This document shows positions 40,620 through 55,062 of a stretch of DNA of 64,000 nt, in pieces (position 1 is the stretch's first letter; each line of letters opens with the position of its first letter). Both the position numbers and the translations under genes were made by a program. Under the pieces are notes generated by a model. It was not told the origin of the DNA. It saw only the letters and a program-made list of their open reading frames with translations, and did not search any database. The DNA is from Octopus bimaculoides (taxonomy: Eukaryota), in NCBI RefSeq assembly GCF_001194135.2, contig NC_068983.1, positions 76,045,875-76,109,874 of the forward strand, read 5' to 3'.

Positions 40620-41860
40620 TTTTACATGGAAATGGTAGGCAGCTCCTTCAAAGTTTCGTCTTCCTTGCCTTCATCGGACTGTGATCTCCTGTAGTTCTTT
40701 AGATAGTTTTTTGAAGGTTGTTCTTTTTATGGTAGGTAGCCACGCGAAGTAGCTGTATAGCAAGGGACGATTATAGGAGGATAGGAGGCAATTTTGTGGT
40801 GTTAGGATAGGAACTGAATGGAAGATAATGTGAAGATATTTTTGCTTTTGCTTTGATACTGAAATTTTGTAGTTGTTTAGGATTCAGTGAGGTGTGAACG
40901 TAAAGCGGTAAACGGGTGTATTATACGCAGGTTATGACATTCCTCTTCCTCGCATATTAGTTTGAATTTTCTGGAATTGAAATTTCTGGTATTCACAGAA
41001 GGATTTTCTGGTATTTTAGGATTCACAGTATGTTTGTAGATTGTGCAGTTGGTCACTCAGCATAAACTAGACTGAAGATAAACTTGATGTTGGTAGCAAT
41101 TAAGTATAAAGGAATTTTAAAGTATTTTCCGAATGTCTGGAATGAGGAGACTATGTAACTATAAATACTCGTTAGAATTTTCTAAACTGTTTGTAGTCTG
41201 ACTATTTATATTTATAGTATATGATTCTAGGCAAATGCATAATGGATGCCTATGGATCTAGGTGAATGCATCAGGGTGATGTATTTTTCTATAGCTTTAT
41301 GACTTTGTTGAGAGATACAGATGTATAAGCAATATATTTGCTTATATACACAATATATATATGCATATCCACATGCGTTACAAGTATTGACTTTTTGTTG
41401 TTTTTGGTTTTAGAAGTTTTATCTTTAAATCCAATTTCATTCGCCTTTTGAGTAGTTTGTTCTTTTTCACAGCCAAGAGGCGGCGTTGGTGCTGCTTCCT
41501 TCAGGAGCTGTGGTTTCCATTTTGGTTCTTACGCCTTTATGGATGTCTTTGGTAACATATACAAAGTTGGTTGCATTAGTATTGTTGCCTTCTTTTGACG
41601 GGTTTTCATTTGTGGCTTCAACATTGGTGCTGATCGCTGCTTGGCATTTCACTTGGAGTACTAATACTTTGTGGTCCTGTCAAGTTCAGAGGAATGAATA
41701 ATTTGATATTTTTCTCACTCTGATTCCACTTCAGATTTTAAAAAATCCGTTGCTTTTAGGGGTCGCTGCAAGCAGGTTTTGTTGGGTGGCCCGTTTTCTA
41801 ATATGGTCAACGCCCGGAGAAACAGTTCTGTCTCGGCACTCTTCGAGATTCTCGAAATTT
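40620..41860 (-). mobile_element. Heavily decayed LINE (jockey/I-like) remnant
   Basis: Minus strand encodes SYNRPLLYSYFAWLPTIKRTTFKKL, resembling the post-RT YIRP.LEY...AW.P motif. Upstream is an A-rich ORF1-like region. Similarity is weak. Confidence 0.4.
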
Positions 41861-41889
41861 TAGCTGCGCTACTTACCTCTTTCTTCGTG

Positions 41890-42706
<817 letters not shown>

Positions 42707-43471
42707 TATATAAAAGAAAATGTTTATAAGCTCATGCTTTGCATGAAAATAATATATAGTTTATTTGTAAACAGCGAAAGATATCAAAACTGCGTAATTT
42801 AAAATTTTCCAAGTTTTCATGAGTACGCAGAGAGAGGAGGATCTTTTGACAGTTCTGTATACGACACTTAGACCAAGGTTTTTCGTCGAAGATTCTTTCT
42901 ACTATAAAATGAACGACCGAACAAAATTATATTTTTGCGTGATATATAGATAGTTGCACAAAACAAAATTTAATTTTTTTTTTTTGCTTTTGGTCAATGA
43001 GTGTTTTTTCCTATTTGCATCTATCTAGAAATCAAAGGAAATGACTTCTATTCTCTTCACATTTACCTTTTGTGGCCTGGACATCAATGTTTTCAAACTG
43101 ACCTATTTTCCATTACATTTCAGAGAGATTCTGCTCTGAGCTGTTGAAGCAGAAATACTGTTATAGCAAATATTCTGCTCGATACAACAGATTTTCTTGT
43201 TAGTTGACTGACCTTAGCCACTTGTAGATGTCGCTTGCTGGCTGACAATATGTGCATCTCTGATCATAAGCAGGTGTAGTGGGAGAGTATCATAACCATG
43301 TGTTGAGAGAAATTCTATGGGGTTTGAATGAATGTAACAAATGCAAACTTTGAACGAAATGCAAACGAAATATCAGACATTTTTCATACTTTCTAGGGGT
43401 AAGCAAACGGGAAATAACAGTTACTACCCAAGGACAAAAATTGTGTTTCTGGGTAAAACACGATTCTATAT

Positions 43472-43655
43472 AAAGCTGGCAGAAACATTAGCACATCGGG
43501 CTAAATGCTTAGCGGTAGTACGTTCTGTGTTCAAATTCCGCTGTGGTCGACTTTGACTTTCATCTTTTCGATAAATTAAGTACCAGTTATGTACTGCGAT
43601 CGATCTAATCGGCTGGCTCCTCCCTAAACATTTCGGGCCTTGTACCTAGAATAGA
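43472..43655 (+). mobile_element. SINE family A copy
   Basis: aagctggcagaaacattagcac...tacgttctgtgttcaaattccgc...gtcgactttgactttcatc...aagtaccag...gggccttgtacctagaatagaaa. Confidence 0.8.
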
Positions 43656-43749
43656 AAATAATATAAGGTTATTGCGATCTATTCGCAGGAGCATAGCAAA
43701 AGACACTTTATATCATCAGAACGTTGTACGTATGTCACTAATATATACA

Positions 43750-43800
<51 letters not shown>

Positions 43801-43803
<3 letters not shown>

Positions 43804-43910
43804 TACCCATACGTATATATTTAGACATAGTGGAGGCGCAATGGCCCAGTNNNNNNNNNNTACATACCCATACGTATATATTTAGACATAGTGGAGGCGC
43901 AATGGCCCAG
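43801..43910. other. Assembly artefact: ~50-bp flank duplicated across a 10-N gap
   Basis: The same sequence appears on both sides of 43851-43860. The same pattern occurs at 6002-6011. Confidence 0.9.
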
Positions 43911-44279
43911 TGGTTAGGGCAGCGGACTCGTGGTCATAGGATCGCGGTTTCGATTCCCAGACCGGACGTTGTCAATGTTTATTGAGCGAAAAACACCCAA
44001 AGCTCCACGAGGTCCAGCAGGGGATGGTGGCGAACCCTGCTGTACTCTTCCACCACAACTTTCTCTCACTCTTTCTTCCTGTTTCTGTTGTACCTGTATT
44101 TCAAAAGGCCAGCTTTGTCACACTGTGTCACGCTGAATATCCCCGAGAACTACGTTAAGGGTACACGTGTCTGTGGAGTGCTCAGCCACTTGCACGTTAA
44201 TTTCACAAGCAGGCTTTTCCGTTGATCGGATCAACTGGAATCCTCGACGTCGTAAGCGACGGAGTGTCAGCAACAACAA
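43892..44279 (+). mobile_element. tRNA-derived SINE family B, full length
   Basis: A box TGGCCCAGTGG, B box GTTTCGATTCC, ~380 bp, (CAA)n tail. Highly similar to 50438-50820. Confidence 0.9.
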
Positions 44280-44347
44280 TATTTAGACACGTACACACAT
44301 ACGCACTGACACATGTACATTGACATATATACATACATATTGACATA

Positions 44348-45090
44348 CGAGGGTAATCCCAACAGTAAGGTCTCCGAAGCGCTGGGGACTCAGGGAAACT
44401 GCGCGTGCAGTTATTGGCAACACTGCTGTGTTTGTTGTGCAAGAACTGTGCCTGCCTCTGTACATGCTTCGCTGCCACGCCCAGTTTTGGCTTGGCAGTC
44501 GTATCTGATAGAGCTCCCGACTGGCGCTACCGCTAAGTGTGAAGTTCGCGTAGTTATTCGGTTTTTGAACGCAAAAGGTATTAAACTGATTGAAATTCAT
44601 CGCCAGTTAACGGAAGTGTATGGCAAGTCGTGCATGGATGTAAAAAAAAACGTCTGCAAGTGGTGTAAGAAGTTTGCAGCTAGTCGTACTGCAAGTCACG
44701 ACGAAGAAAGAAACGGGCGACCATCAATTTCCGACGAGACAGTCTCGAAGGATGAGCAAATCCTGCGTGAAATCAGCGGATCACTCTGGATGATCTCGGC
44801 ATTTTGGTTCCTGAGGTTTCCTGAAGTACCAGTCATAGGGCTTTGAGTGAAAAGTTGCAATATCGGAAGGTGTGCGCAAGATGGATCCCACGAAGACCAT
44901 AAACGGCAACCCACCGTATAGTTCGGACTTGACATCCAGTGACTACCACCTGTTCCCTAAGTTGAAAGAACATTTGGCCGGTACGCGTTTCAGCAACGAT
45001 GATGAGGTGAAAGATGAGGTTCAATGCTTTCTAAACGACATGGCGGTGAACTGGTATGACACGGGCATACAAAACCGCCCCAGCGCCTAA
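44348..45090 (+). mobile_element. Mariner relic with internal deletion
   Basis: TA|CGAGGGTAATCCCAACAGTAAGGTCTCC terminus; KCEVRVVIRFLNAKG...EIHRQLTEVYG...RNGRPS, then a jump to PPYSSDLTSSDYHLFPKLKEHLAG. Confidence 0.9.
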
Positions 45091-45309
45091 AAAATACATC
45101 TATCTCTGTCTTACATTTATGACAAGCATGTGGCAGATATATGTATATATTCGTTTATTTATCTATTTATATATTTATTTATTTAATCTTTTATACCTCT
45201 ACCTCTATTTCTCATAAATATCACAGGTAAGTGCATATATGTCTCTTGTGTGTGTATTGCTCTGTATGTATCTTTGTATTATTTACGGTTGTATGTGTCT
45301 TTCCATCAC

Positions 45310-45800
45310 ACTTACCAAGTCACCTATAAGAATGTTGAACTTGCCGTTGTCCACAATCGCTGCGTTCATGTGAACAAGGTAGAGACCCTAGGTTCGGTAT
45401 AATGGAAGTGAAGAATCTGGACCATACAGTTCTTCGTTTCTAGCCAGAATTCAGTGTCTAAAACGGGTAACCTATAGTTAGGGTGCTTACTAGGGTAGTC
45501 TATGGTTATTTATGTACTCTGGTGGATGGAGTTAGCTATTTGCTGGGTGCTCTCCATAGTGTTAGCTTCTAGATCATTAACATTGTCTTGTAGGGGTGCT
45601 CTGAAAAAAGTTGGTGTCATATCTGTTGTACTACTATCTATCATGTCATTTCTTTCTCTGGTTACCGTCTCCTTGGTTGTGTAACAACAAAAGACACAAG
45701 GAACTAAATACGGCTTCCTAGTTGTATTGATATTTACACTTCTTAGTTCATTTGTATCCATCATACATTAACGACTATCTTCGTGAAGGTTGGACTCATT
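45310..45800 (-). mobile_element. Penelope-like element RT C-terminal/thumb fragment
   Basis: Minus strand encodes QIANSIHQST*ITIDYPSKHPNYRLPVLDTEFWLE...QILHFHYTEP, then frameshifted KFNILIGDL. Confidence 0.65.
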
Positions 45801-47599
45801 AAAGTTCTATATATATCAATACTTTATTTCTAATTCTGATTAGGTAATTCGATGCTGTTTTAGGCAGTTAAAAATATAAGACAAAATTGATAAACAAACA
45901 AAAATAAATTTAAATTTTCATACAAAACCGAAGAAATTTAATATTGGTGTAATTTACAATTACATCACAAATCGTAGTGACTTCATTAAAATTAGGTAAA
46001 ATCACACCGTTCATTATCTTCAGCACTCAGCACTGAATAACCATTTTAATCTCAGGGTAAATGAGATAATCGTACAGATCAACTTATTCTTCACTGCCTG
46101 TAACGATACGGTGTATACATTACCATCATCCCACAGTTATTCGATTTCCATACTAACTGAAATACTAGAACTTCCATGTTTCTTGAATTATTCAATAATG
46201 TCAGATTTTCCTTTCCTTACATGAATTACCGATCCATTTACAGACCCGAGATAGTGAACCTCGCATATTGCTTTCTTTCTACTATCCTTTTTATCCATTA
46301 GGAATCCAGTTTACTTCATTTTATCAGCACGTTGTCTCTAAAAGGTTTCTTGATACAAATATCTAATGGTCACTAAAAGAAAACTTACTAGTTCGTCATG
46401 GTTTACTGCTATGTCAGTATTTTGTGATCAAACTTTATAAAGTTCAACAGATTTGATCGTAGACGAGTAAAGTAATTTACCTCCGTGGTCCACTAGCTTG
46501 TAAGCTCACAATTTCATTTCACCACTTTCTACTCATATTTATCCACGACCTAATGTTTGTATGAATAGTAGATGTGAAAAATTAATTTCCTTACTTTGAC
46601 AATTACACGCAGGACAGTGTGTTGGAGTTAGTTAGTTATCTGTAAAAAATTAGGATTGTCTTTTACACAAATTACTTATCTGTGGTGCAGAAGATTATAA
46701 AGTGGCCCGACAGACTGAAGTTACATAGTTAAATGTGATTGGATGGAGTTTTAAACAGAAAAGAATATTATTTTAAGACTGTTCATAAGACGAAAGAATG
46801 AAGTTTTCTTGTATGTTAGCGTGGTTTTGCATACATGTACACCTAGACAATGCATTATGCACCGGACATATCTCGGCGTCCATGATTGGAAAATAAGAAG
46901 GTCGGCGATTGTCGTACGCTGAGGACGGGTAATTACCCAGAAACTCGAGTCACATTACAATTCTTCCCTTTCAATTTGTGGTTTACTGTTCAATTTAGAA
47001 AACCCCCTCCTATACCTGTTTCTGTACCCATCCCTTAATACCATTCTAACATATCAGCCCACCTCACACACATCACAGATATTCATTACTTACATTCTTA
47101 TCTCTTCCTACCCCTCCTCTACTCCCCCCCTCCCCCACNNNNNNNNNNNNNNNNNNNNNNNNNNNNNNNNNNNNNNNNNNNNNNNNNNNNNNNNNNNNNN
47201 NNNNNNNNNNNNNNNNNNNNNNNNNNNNNNNNNNNNNNNNNNNNNNNNNNNNNNNNNNNNNNNNNNNNNNNNNNNNNNNNNNNNNNNNNNNNNNNNNNNN
47301 NNNNNNNNNNNNNNNNNNNNNNNNNNNNNNNNNNNNNNNNNNNNNNNNNNNNNNNNNNNNNNNNNNNNNNNNNNNNNNNNNNNNNNNNNNNNNNNNNNNN
47401 NNNNNNNNNNNNNNNNNNNNNNNNNNNNNNNNNNACCAACTACACTCCTTTTTTTTTTTACCTTTTTTTCACTTTCTTACACTTATTTCACTTTCTCTTC
47501 TTGTTTTCATTTCCTCTTCCTCTTCCTTTCCTGCTTCTTTTCTCACCTTTTCTTGTGACTTCTCTCTTCATTTTAGCATCTGTTTTCTCTATTCACTTA

Positions 47600-48010
47600 A
47601 TACTACCAGTACATTCTCGAATTTTCATTCACACCACAAGACCCCTTTGAATGAACAGCACATAGAATCTACGTCTCCACACTTACCATTTGTGATGACA
47701 AAATATAAACTCCTATTGGAATTTACATACCACGGACAGGAAGCATTTCTACCACTTCTACACACCACTTCCCTTAATAATGGAACTAAAACATTTTTAT
47801 ACACTTTTATTTTTATTTCTACATTCATTCTCTTATTTCCCTATATACTTCTTATTTGCTTCCTTTTCCAAAATAACACCTCAAATTGAACTCTAATCTA
47901 TTTAACATCACACATCGTCTCTGATGAAAGGATATCCCTAATATCCCAGAAACAGCTGTAAGACTAACTTCCTCTTTATAAATAATCCTGAAAATTTCAC
48001 GCAGCCTTGG
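47600..48010 (+). mobile_element. Penelope-like 3' end fragment
   Basis: Short coding-like tail (QEAFLPLLHTTSLN), pyrimidine-rich UTR, then the hammerhead motif. Confidence 0.5.
47917..47964 (+). ncRNA. Minimal type I hammerhead ribozyme motif with palindromic stem III
   Basis: GUCU-CUGAUGA-AAGGAUAU-cccua-AUAUCCCA-GAAAC-AGCU-GUA-AGAC. Core, GUA triplet and 4-bp stem I are intact; there are two mismatches at the base of stem II. Confidence 0.65.
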
Positions 48011-48030
48011 TTTTGTTTTCTCATTTTATT

Positions 48031-48095
<65 letters not shown>

Positions 48096-50120
48096 CACAC
48101 ACACACGCATATGAATAAATATAGTTCAAATTTAATGAAAACAAAAGACGAAGACAGGTGTAGGAACAACAAGCAGGTGTAATAGTTTAACCTCCGGAAG
48201 AATGGAAAACTCTTTTACGCTTCGAGTCTACGCTTTTCGAGAGAAAGGATTAAGAGGGAAAAATTAGAGAGAGAATGAAAAAAATAACGGAGAGAGAAAA
48301 AATGTGTAGGGAATAACAGTTCAACACGATGTTATTTTCTCCGAATTATTAATTTATATTATCTGATTAGGGATGGAACAAACATTGGTATCTGTTTTTA
48401 CTGACATATCATAGGAGTAGGTGTATGAGCATACCGGCAAGCATTGAAAGGAAAATAAAAGCAGCATGATGTTTGCAAATATAACCACGAATTGAATGAT
48501 AATTTTTGGGTGTGAATGTACCATTCATAGAAAAAAGGGCATGAAATATATGCATACATGCAATTTTTTTAAATGTATAAAAAAAAAATGTATAGCAAAA
48601 ACAAATGCCAAGTAAAATAATAACATTTAAAGTATAAGCATATGCATCATTATATGATTTTGAAATAGAATTTGAATTGAACATTTTCAGGTGTGCCACC
48701 GTAGTCGTGATTGCTGATAATTCTTTTCTCCTGTCTGTGTTCCAGTATATAACTTTCCATATGCATTTATGCATACGAAAACAAGTTTATGCATGTGAAG
48801 TGAGATACGTCTTCAATATTTGTAGTGAGCAATAAACCATGAAGCTATATTTATTAACTATTGTATTGACTTATGGAGACTTCCACGCCTCATTGCCTAA
48901 TAGTTCCGCCAAGAATTTATTTCTAGCTTTATTTTTTGCTTTGACCATGTTTCATCGATTAACAAAGTTTTCTGTTTCTAGTTGTTTTGCCGAACCAAAC
49001 TGTTAAAAATATTTTATATTTATTTAAGTTATATACTCAAATTTATCTTAACTTTCTATTATTGATGTCACTGCACTCGATTGCAGATATAAAAATGAGA
49101 ATAATATATGAATATATTAATATACGGTACACAATGAAATTTTTGTTGATAAACATAAATGTGTAAATTATTCAGCAATGCTCAAAATATATTTACACAA
49201 ATACAGATGCGCCAACATGTACGCACGCATGTACATATATGCATGTATGTGTACGAAAGAGAGTAGATAGCTAATACATGTAGTTTATCACTTAATCGAT
49301 AATAAAGATTCTTTGCTTCACTAATATTCGTTTTCTTGTTACATTAACTACATACTCTATGTCAGCCAATCATCAGATTGCAACTTTTGCATCGCCGAAT
49401 ACTGTAAATTGAATGTTTGTAGGAATGATTTCCAAACTTTTGTAGTTCAGCACTCATTTTCACGGACTATTTCTTCTCTTATGTGCCTCTTTCTAGATAT
49501 TTGCATGGACTAATGCTGCCGTGTTAAATTTTTATAGAAATTAATACAGAATGCAAAAATTTCTATATATCAAAATTATAGTGGACCTTGCCGTATCATC
49601 AGCTGTTTCTGCTCATCAATATCATAGTTGTTTGATTCATATTTTTACCCAACAAGCATTTAAATTAGAAATATATATTTTAAATTTAGTATAAAAATGT
49701 TTTCCTATATATATANNNNNNNNNNNNNNNNNNNNNNNNNNNNNNNNNNNNNNNNNNNNNNNNNNNNNNNNNNNNNNNNNNNNNNNNNNNNNNNNNNNNN
49801 NNNNNNNNNNNNNNNNNNNNNNNNNNNNNNNNNNNNNNNNNNNNNNNNNNNNNNNNNNNNNNNNNNNNNNNNNNNNNNNNNNNNNNNNNNNNNNNNNNNN
49901 NNNNNNNNNNNNNNNNNNNNNNNNNNNNNNNNNNNNNNNNNNNNNNNNNNNNNNNNNNNNNNNNNNNNNNNNNNNNNNNNNNNNNNNNNNNNNNNNNNNN
50001 NNNNNNNNNNNNNNNNNNNNNNNNNNNNNNNNNNNNNNNNNNNNNNCTATCTGGATGTTTTGTTGTCCCTTTTTTGTATCAGGTAACTGTCTGGATGTTT
50101 TGCGCTCTTGTCCCATTTTG

Positions 50121-50158
<38 letters not shown>

Positions 50159-50169
50159 CATAATGGACT

Positions 50170-50410
50170 CTCCCGTCGTTGTTTATAGTGATCAAATGTT
50201 TGTCCAGGCATAAGCTCCCTTCCTCCATCAGATCGACACTACCTGCATAGGTCCAATGGGTGCCACATATCAGATGTCAAAATAGTGGCAGTGCAACCTG
50301 AAATGAAGTGCTTTGCTCAAGAGCGCAATGCATCACTCGGTCTGGGACTCGAACCCACGATCTCGCAATCATAAGTGCAACACCCAAACCACTAAGCCAT
50401 GCACTTTCAC
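50170..50410 (-). mobile_element. tRNA-derived SINE family C
   Basis: Minus strand has A box TGGCTTAGTGG and B box GGTTCGAGTCC, then ...ttgagcaaagcacttcatttc. Confidence 0.75.
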
Positions 50411-50437
50411 ACTATGTATATATATATATATATACAA

Positions 50438-50820
50438 GTGGAGGCGCAATGGCCCAGTGGTTAGGGCAGCGGACTCGCGGTCATAGGATCGCTGTTTCGA
50501 TTCCCAGACCGGGCGTTGTGAATATTTATTGAGCGAAAATACCTAAAGCTCCACGAATCTCCGGCAGGGGATGGTGGCGAACACTGCTGTACTCTTTCAC
50601 CACAACTTTCTCTCACTCTTACTTCTTGCTTCTGTTGTGCCTGTAATTCAAAGGGTTAGCCTTGTCACACAGTCACGCTGAATCTCCCCGAGAACTACGC
50701 TAAGGGTACTCGTGTCTGTGGAATGCTCAGCCACTTGCACGTTAATTTCACGAGCAGGTTGTTCCGTTGATCGGATCAACTGGAACCCTCGATGTCGTAA
50801 GCGACGGAGTGCCAACAAAA
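50438..50820 (+). mobile_element. tRNA-derived SINE family B, full length
   Basis: Second copy of 43892-44279. Confidence 0.9.
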
Positions 50821-50835
50821 ACATACACATACATA

Positions 50836-50868
<33 letters not shown>

Positions 50869-51438
50869 CAAAATAAAAATAAAACCATGAACCTTCTAAA
50901 TTCTCAGTGTTCTAATGGGTCCTCTTGCTGTTTGCTGCTACCATGGGAGTTCACCACGTTCTCATAGAAACCCTACTAAGTATTTTGAGAACCAATAAGG
51001 CTAGAGCCTCTAAAAGTCTCTAATGTGCTAACTAAAGTTAACCGTGATGATGGTGCATTGGCTAAGAATTATCAGTAACGAGAATAGTGTTGTTTGTGTA
51101 CAAACACATTCATACTAACAGGTACAAATATATCTGTATGGATATGCATGTGCGTGTGTATTTGTGTGTGTGTATTTGTGTGTGTGTTATTATTAGGGAG
51201 AAATATTTCGTTACTACTTAACATGTTGATACATTGAATTTTCAGTCGGTTCTTTTGTGTCATATTATTTTGGATGCGCATTTATCCATGTGTCTGGATA
51301 TATTCTCATTGTACTGGAAATTATTTTTTTAATGTCACTTAGAACAGAACTTGTACATCTTTATTAAACTGAAACGCTGTAATATTTCGGATATTGTTCT
51401 ATAGTTTAAAACCTTAGGGATTAAAGTCAATGATAAAG

Positions 51439-51542
<104 letters not shown>

Positions 51543-52733
51543 TTCTCTATCTATTTCTCTATCTATTTATCTATCTATCTGTCTGTCTGCCTGCCAGTCC
51601 GTCTGTCTGCCTGTCTACCTGTCTGTCTACCTGTCTGTCTACCTGTCTGTCTACCTGTCTGTCTACCTGTCTGTGTGTCTGTCTGTTTGCCTGACTGTTT
51701 GTCTGTCTGAGTGTCTGTCTACCCATCTGTCTGTCCGTCTATCTAAAAGTTACCATTTGCACGTGATTTGTATGAATATACGCAGTGAGGTATAAGTGTT
51801 TTATTTAACGGGGAATGTATATATGTATATTATTATCATTATATACATAGTGATCTTACCACCTTGTTATTTATTTGAGAAAGTTCTTAATATATGTACC
51901 TTCGCATATATACGTAAAAAAATGAAACAAGTAACCAAGCAAACAAGTCACATATTTACTAAGGCCGTACATTTGTGCACAAATGAATACACACGACCCC
52001 CACTATTTGACATCACATAACATTCATAACAGCTTATCTTTGGCATTTTTTTCAGTAACAATTTTGCGCCTTTCATTTGAATATCAATTTACTAACTAAA
52101 TTTCCACTTTCTTTTGAAGAAATCATAAACTTTTAGATTGAAATATTTTTCATCACAGAAAAGTAAATGTGTTATGAGCTTATTCCACTTTTTATGGTTT
52201 GAATGCGACGTTATATATATATATTTTTTGTAACTAATTTGACGCTAATATTAAGCCAGCGAAATAAAATTGAAGTTATTGACAGAATCAAAGAGATTTG
52301 TGTTTTGAAGTCCGGTAGAGTTGGCACCATAGAATACAGTCGTCTTAAATTCTAAGTGCCCTCCCTTCTCATTTATAGTTTCGATCGCTTCGGTGATTAA
52401 CCCCTTAGCTGCATTAATTTTGTGCAAATTTTTCTTATCCGATTGCAATACATTTCTGCATAACACTGGAAGGCTTTCAGAGCGTGAGTAAAGTTCCGGG
52501 TTCGGAACTATTTTATTCCCCCCAACCCCAAAAAGGTAAAAGAAAAAGACTAATTGGAGAAGCATATGAACGTTTCTCTTAAAAAATTAAGAAATATTTA
52601 GCTTATGTTTAGTAGAAACAGAGTAAAGGAAATTTCAATTGAAGACGTGTCATAATTTATTTTGTTTGACTCAGCGATTTATTGGTGTGGTTTATATCTT
52701 TTGCCGGTATACAAGCGCACACACACATATACA

Positions 52734-52769
<36 letters not shown>

Positions 52770-52804
52770 CACACTCTCACACACAGAACATACATACTTC
52801 TTCA

Positions 52805-52930
52805 GAGTTTCCGTCTACAAAATCTCCCTCAGAAGCTTATGGTAGAAGCTTTATATGGTAGCAGGAACTTGCTAAAATTGCCGTGTAGTAGGATAAACAC
52901 GGGAATTATGCAAGTGTGAAGCATGACTAA
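52805..52930 (-). mobile_element. Decayed CORE-type SINE family D 5' half
   Basis: agtttccgtctacaaaatctccctca... is colinear with 39372-39525. Confidence 0.55.
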
Positions 52931-54302
52931 CTAACCGAAAAAGAAATTATATAGTTCTTTCTAGCTGGATCATTAATGACGAAAGTTGTAGGCTCTTAAA
53001 AATGTCATGTCGGTGAATCAGTTTCAGTTTTATGTTGGACTCATTTCACTTAACTTTCATCGTTATTATAGTCATGAAGGTTAATTCAACTTGTTTGTGC
53101 TCCCCTGTAAATATATGACCCTGTACTTGCTTGAAAACAAACACTATTTCGCAATAGAAAACAAGCCGTCACTCTGACCTAACCTCTTTTCTTGATCTAT
53201 CGAATAATCTTGCATTGAAATTATTTGTCCGTCATTGTACGAAGAACGTTCATTTCTGTTCTCATTGCTGGTTTTTGCAAGCTAAGAATCCAACTGTTAT
53301 TTTCCAGTGTATGTACCCTTCTGATAATTTAGTTTCAGAAACAGGAAAAGTACCTAACAATTATTTTTGTCTATCGGACATTGTGTCTGACAAAAAAATT
53401 GTCCTTCATTTAATCACAAACAATTAAGTACAGTAACTACACAGCCAAAAAAAATGTTCGAAAATTTAAAAATAAAGAATTGTTTCAATAAAATTTGGCC
53501 AGATGTGGTTTTCTTGGTCGGAATATTTGAAAACTATGAATTCTAAGGACGTCTTCATATTCTTGCATAAACATATTAGCAGTTATAAGAAAACCCACAG
53601 AAAAATAAAACGATTGTATTTGGGAAATTTCCTGTGAAATCCGAAGATCCAACATGCATCAATATGAGTGTACCGATAATGAATTAAACTATATATGATT
53701 CATTGTGTAAGAAGTATTCATTGGTGCTTATTGATATTTCATCGACGTTGACAATCTCCTATTCTATATTCATTAATCCCAATAGTTCTTCATTGAACTG
53801 ACTGCTTAAGTTAACTAGTTTCAGCAAGACTCATAGCAATTTTTTCGCTTGAACATACTGATGATTTTATTTTGTCCAAGTTATTTCTCAGCCAAGTATG
53901 AGTAAATGAATCTCATTTCCCATTATGTCATTTCCATCATTACTAAGACAGTGCGGTCTAATATGACAGAAATTACAGTAAAATTTCTAAAAGGACCATC
54001 TACTACGTAGATAATTTCATAGTTGGTTTGACATATTCACCACTGTACAAGATATAATTTGGTTGCACCTGATTGAAAGACCAATTATGAAAAAAATCTC
54101 AGTGTAGTGTAATATATTTCTGAATCTGTTGACATGTTCTTTAATATTGATTTTGCCTGATTTCATTCTTGATATGATTAACAATTTTAAAGTAATTTTC
54201 TGAAAATCTATTCCTCATTTGCAAAGGGTTAACATTTTATCTATTCACACAACATTATAACCGACATATATTATCAAAATTCAAGAGGCTTAGTGGTACG
54301 TT

Positions 54303-54353
<51 letters not shown>

Positions 54354-55062
54354 NNNNNNNNNNNNNNNNNNNNNNNNNNNNNNNNNNNNNNNNNNNNNNN
54401 NAGATAGAGAGAGAGAGAGAGAGAGTGAGAGAGAGAGAGATATATATAGAGAGAGAGAGAGAGAAAGAGAGAGAAAGAGACAGAGACAGAGACGGACATA
54501 TATAATAAGATATATATCTTGTTCGTAAATTTCAAAGACGCGAATCTTATATCCAGTTCACCTCACGTGATATTTCTCATTATTTGATAATGCAGCCATC
54601 AGTTCATAGAATATGGATTCAGGCACATCGAGTTATAATACATTTCTATATATGATACCCTAAATGTATCTTCTTAAAGGCATATTTGCATTAGATACAT
54701 AATATATAAAATTGAAAATAAATGTTATGCAAGAATGAGTGATATTGTTATAATCCTGTCTGTATGCTGTGGATGGAATCACCCCAGTATAGACATTCAC
54801 ATACTAATATACGTCCATATGCGTGCTTACCCCCCCCCCCCCCNNNNNNNNNNNNNNNNNNNNNNNNNNNNACACACACACGCACATACACACACACACA
54901 CACACAAATGCACACACAGACACACACATATATATGTATATATACGTACATACTTGCAAGTATTTAGGTGTGTATGTATATATGTATTATTATGCTTATT
55001 TCCATTCATATTTTTGCAAATGTACGAGTGCACACACACGCACACACGCACACACACACACA

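Noticed and set aside
41467-41701. Hydrophobic + ORF and Asn/Thr-rich - ORF
   Set aside because: No donor or recognisable family; best explained as part of the decayed LINE-like remnant.
43892-43970. Possible functional tRNA genes at SINE heads (also 50438, 17185, 50410)
   Set aside because: A and B boxes are present but there is no closed cloverleaf, and each continues into a repetitive SINE body.
45319-45390. Apparent minus-strand exon GLYLVHMNAAIVDNGKFNILIGDL with a GTAAGT donor
   Set aside because: It is the frameshifted continuation of the Penelope-like RT fragment at 45310-45800.
48195-48250. Minus-strand hammerhead-like remnant of a Penelope-type terminal repeat
   Set aside because: The core has decayed to CTCGAAA/GAAGCG, so it cannot be called a ribozyme.
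52251-52565. 104-aa minus-strand ORF with natural-looking composition
   Set aside because: No recognisable motif or convincing splice pair; a few ORFs of this length are expected by chance in six frames of 57 kb.
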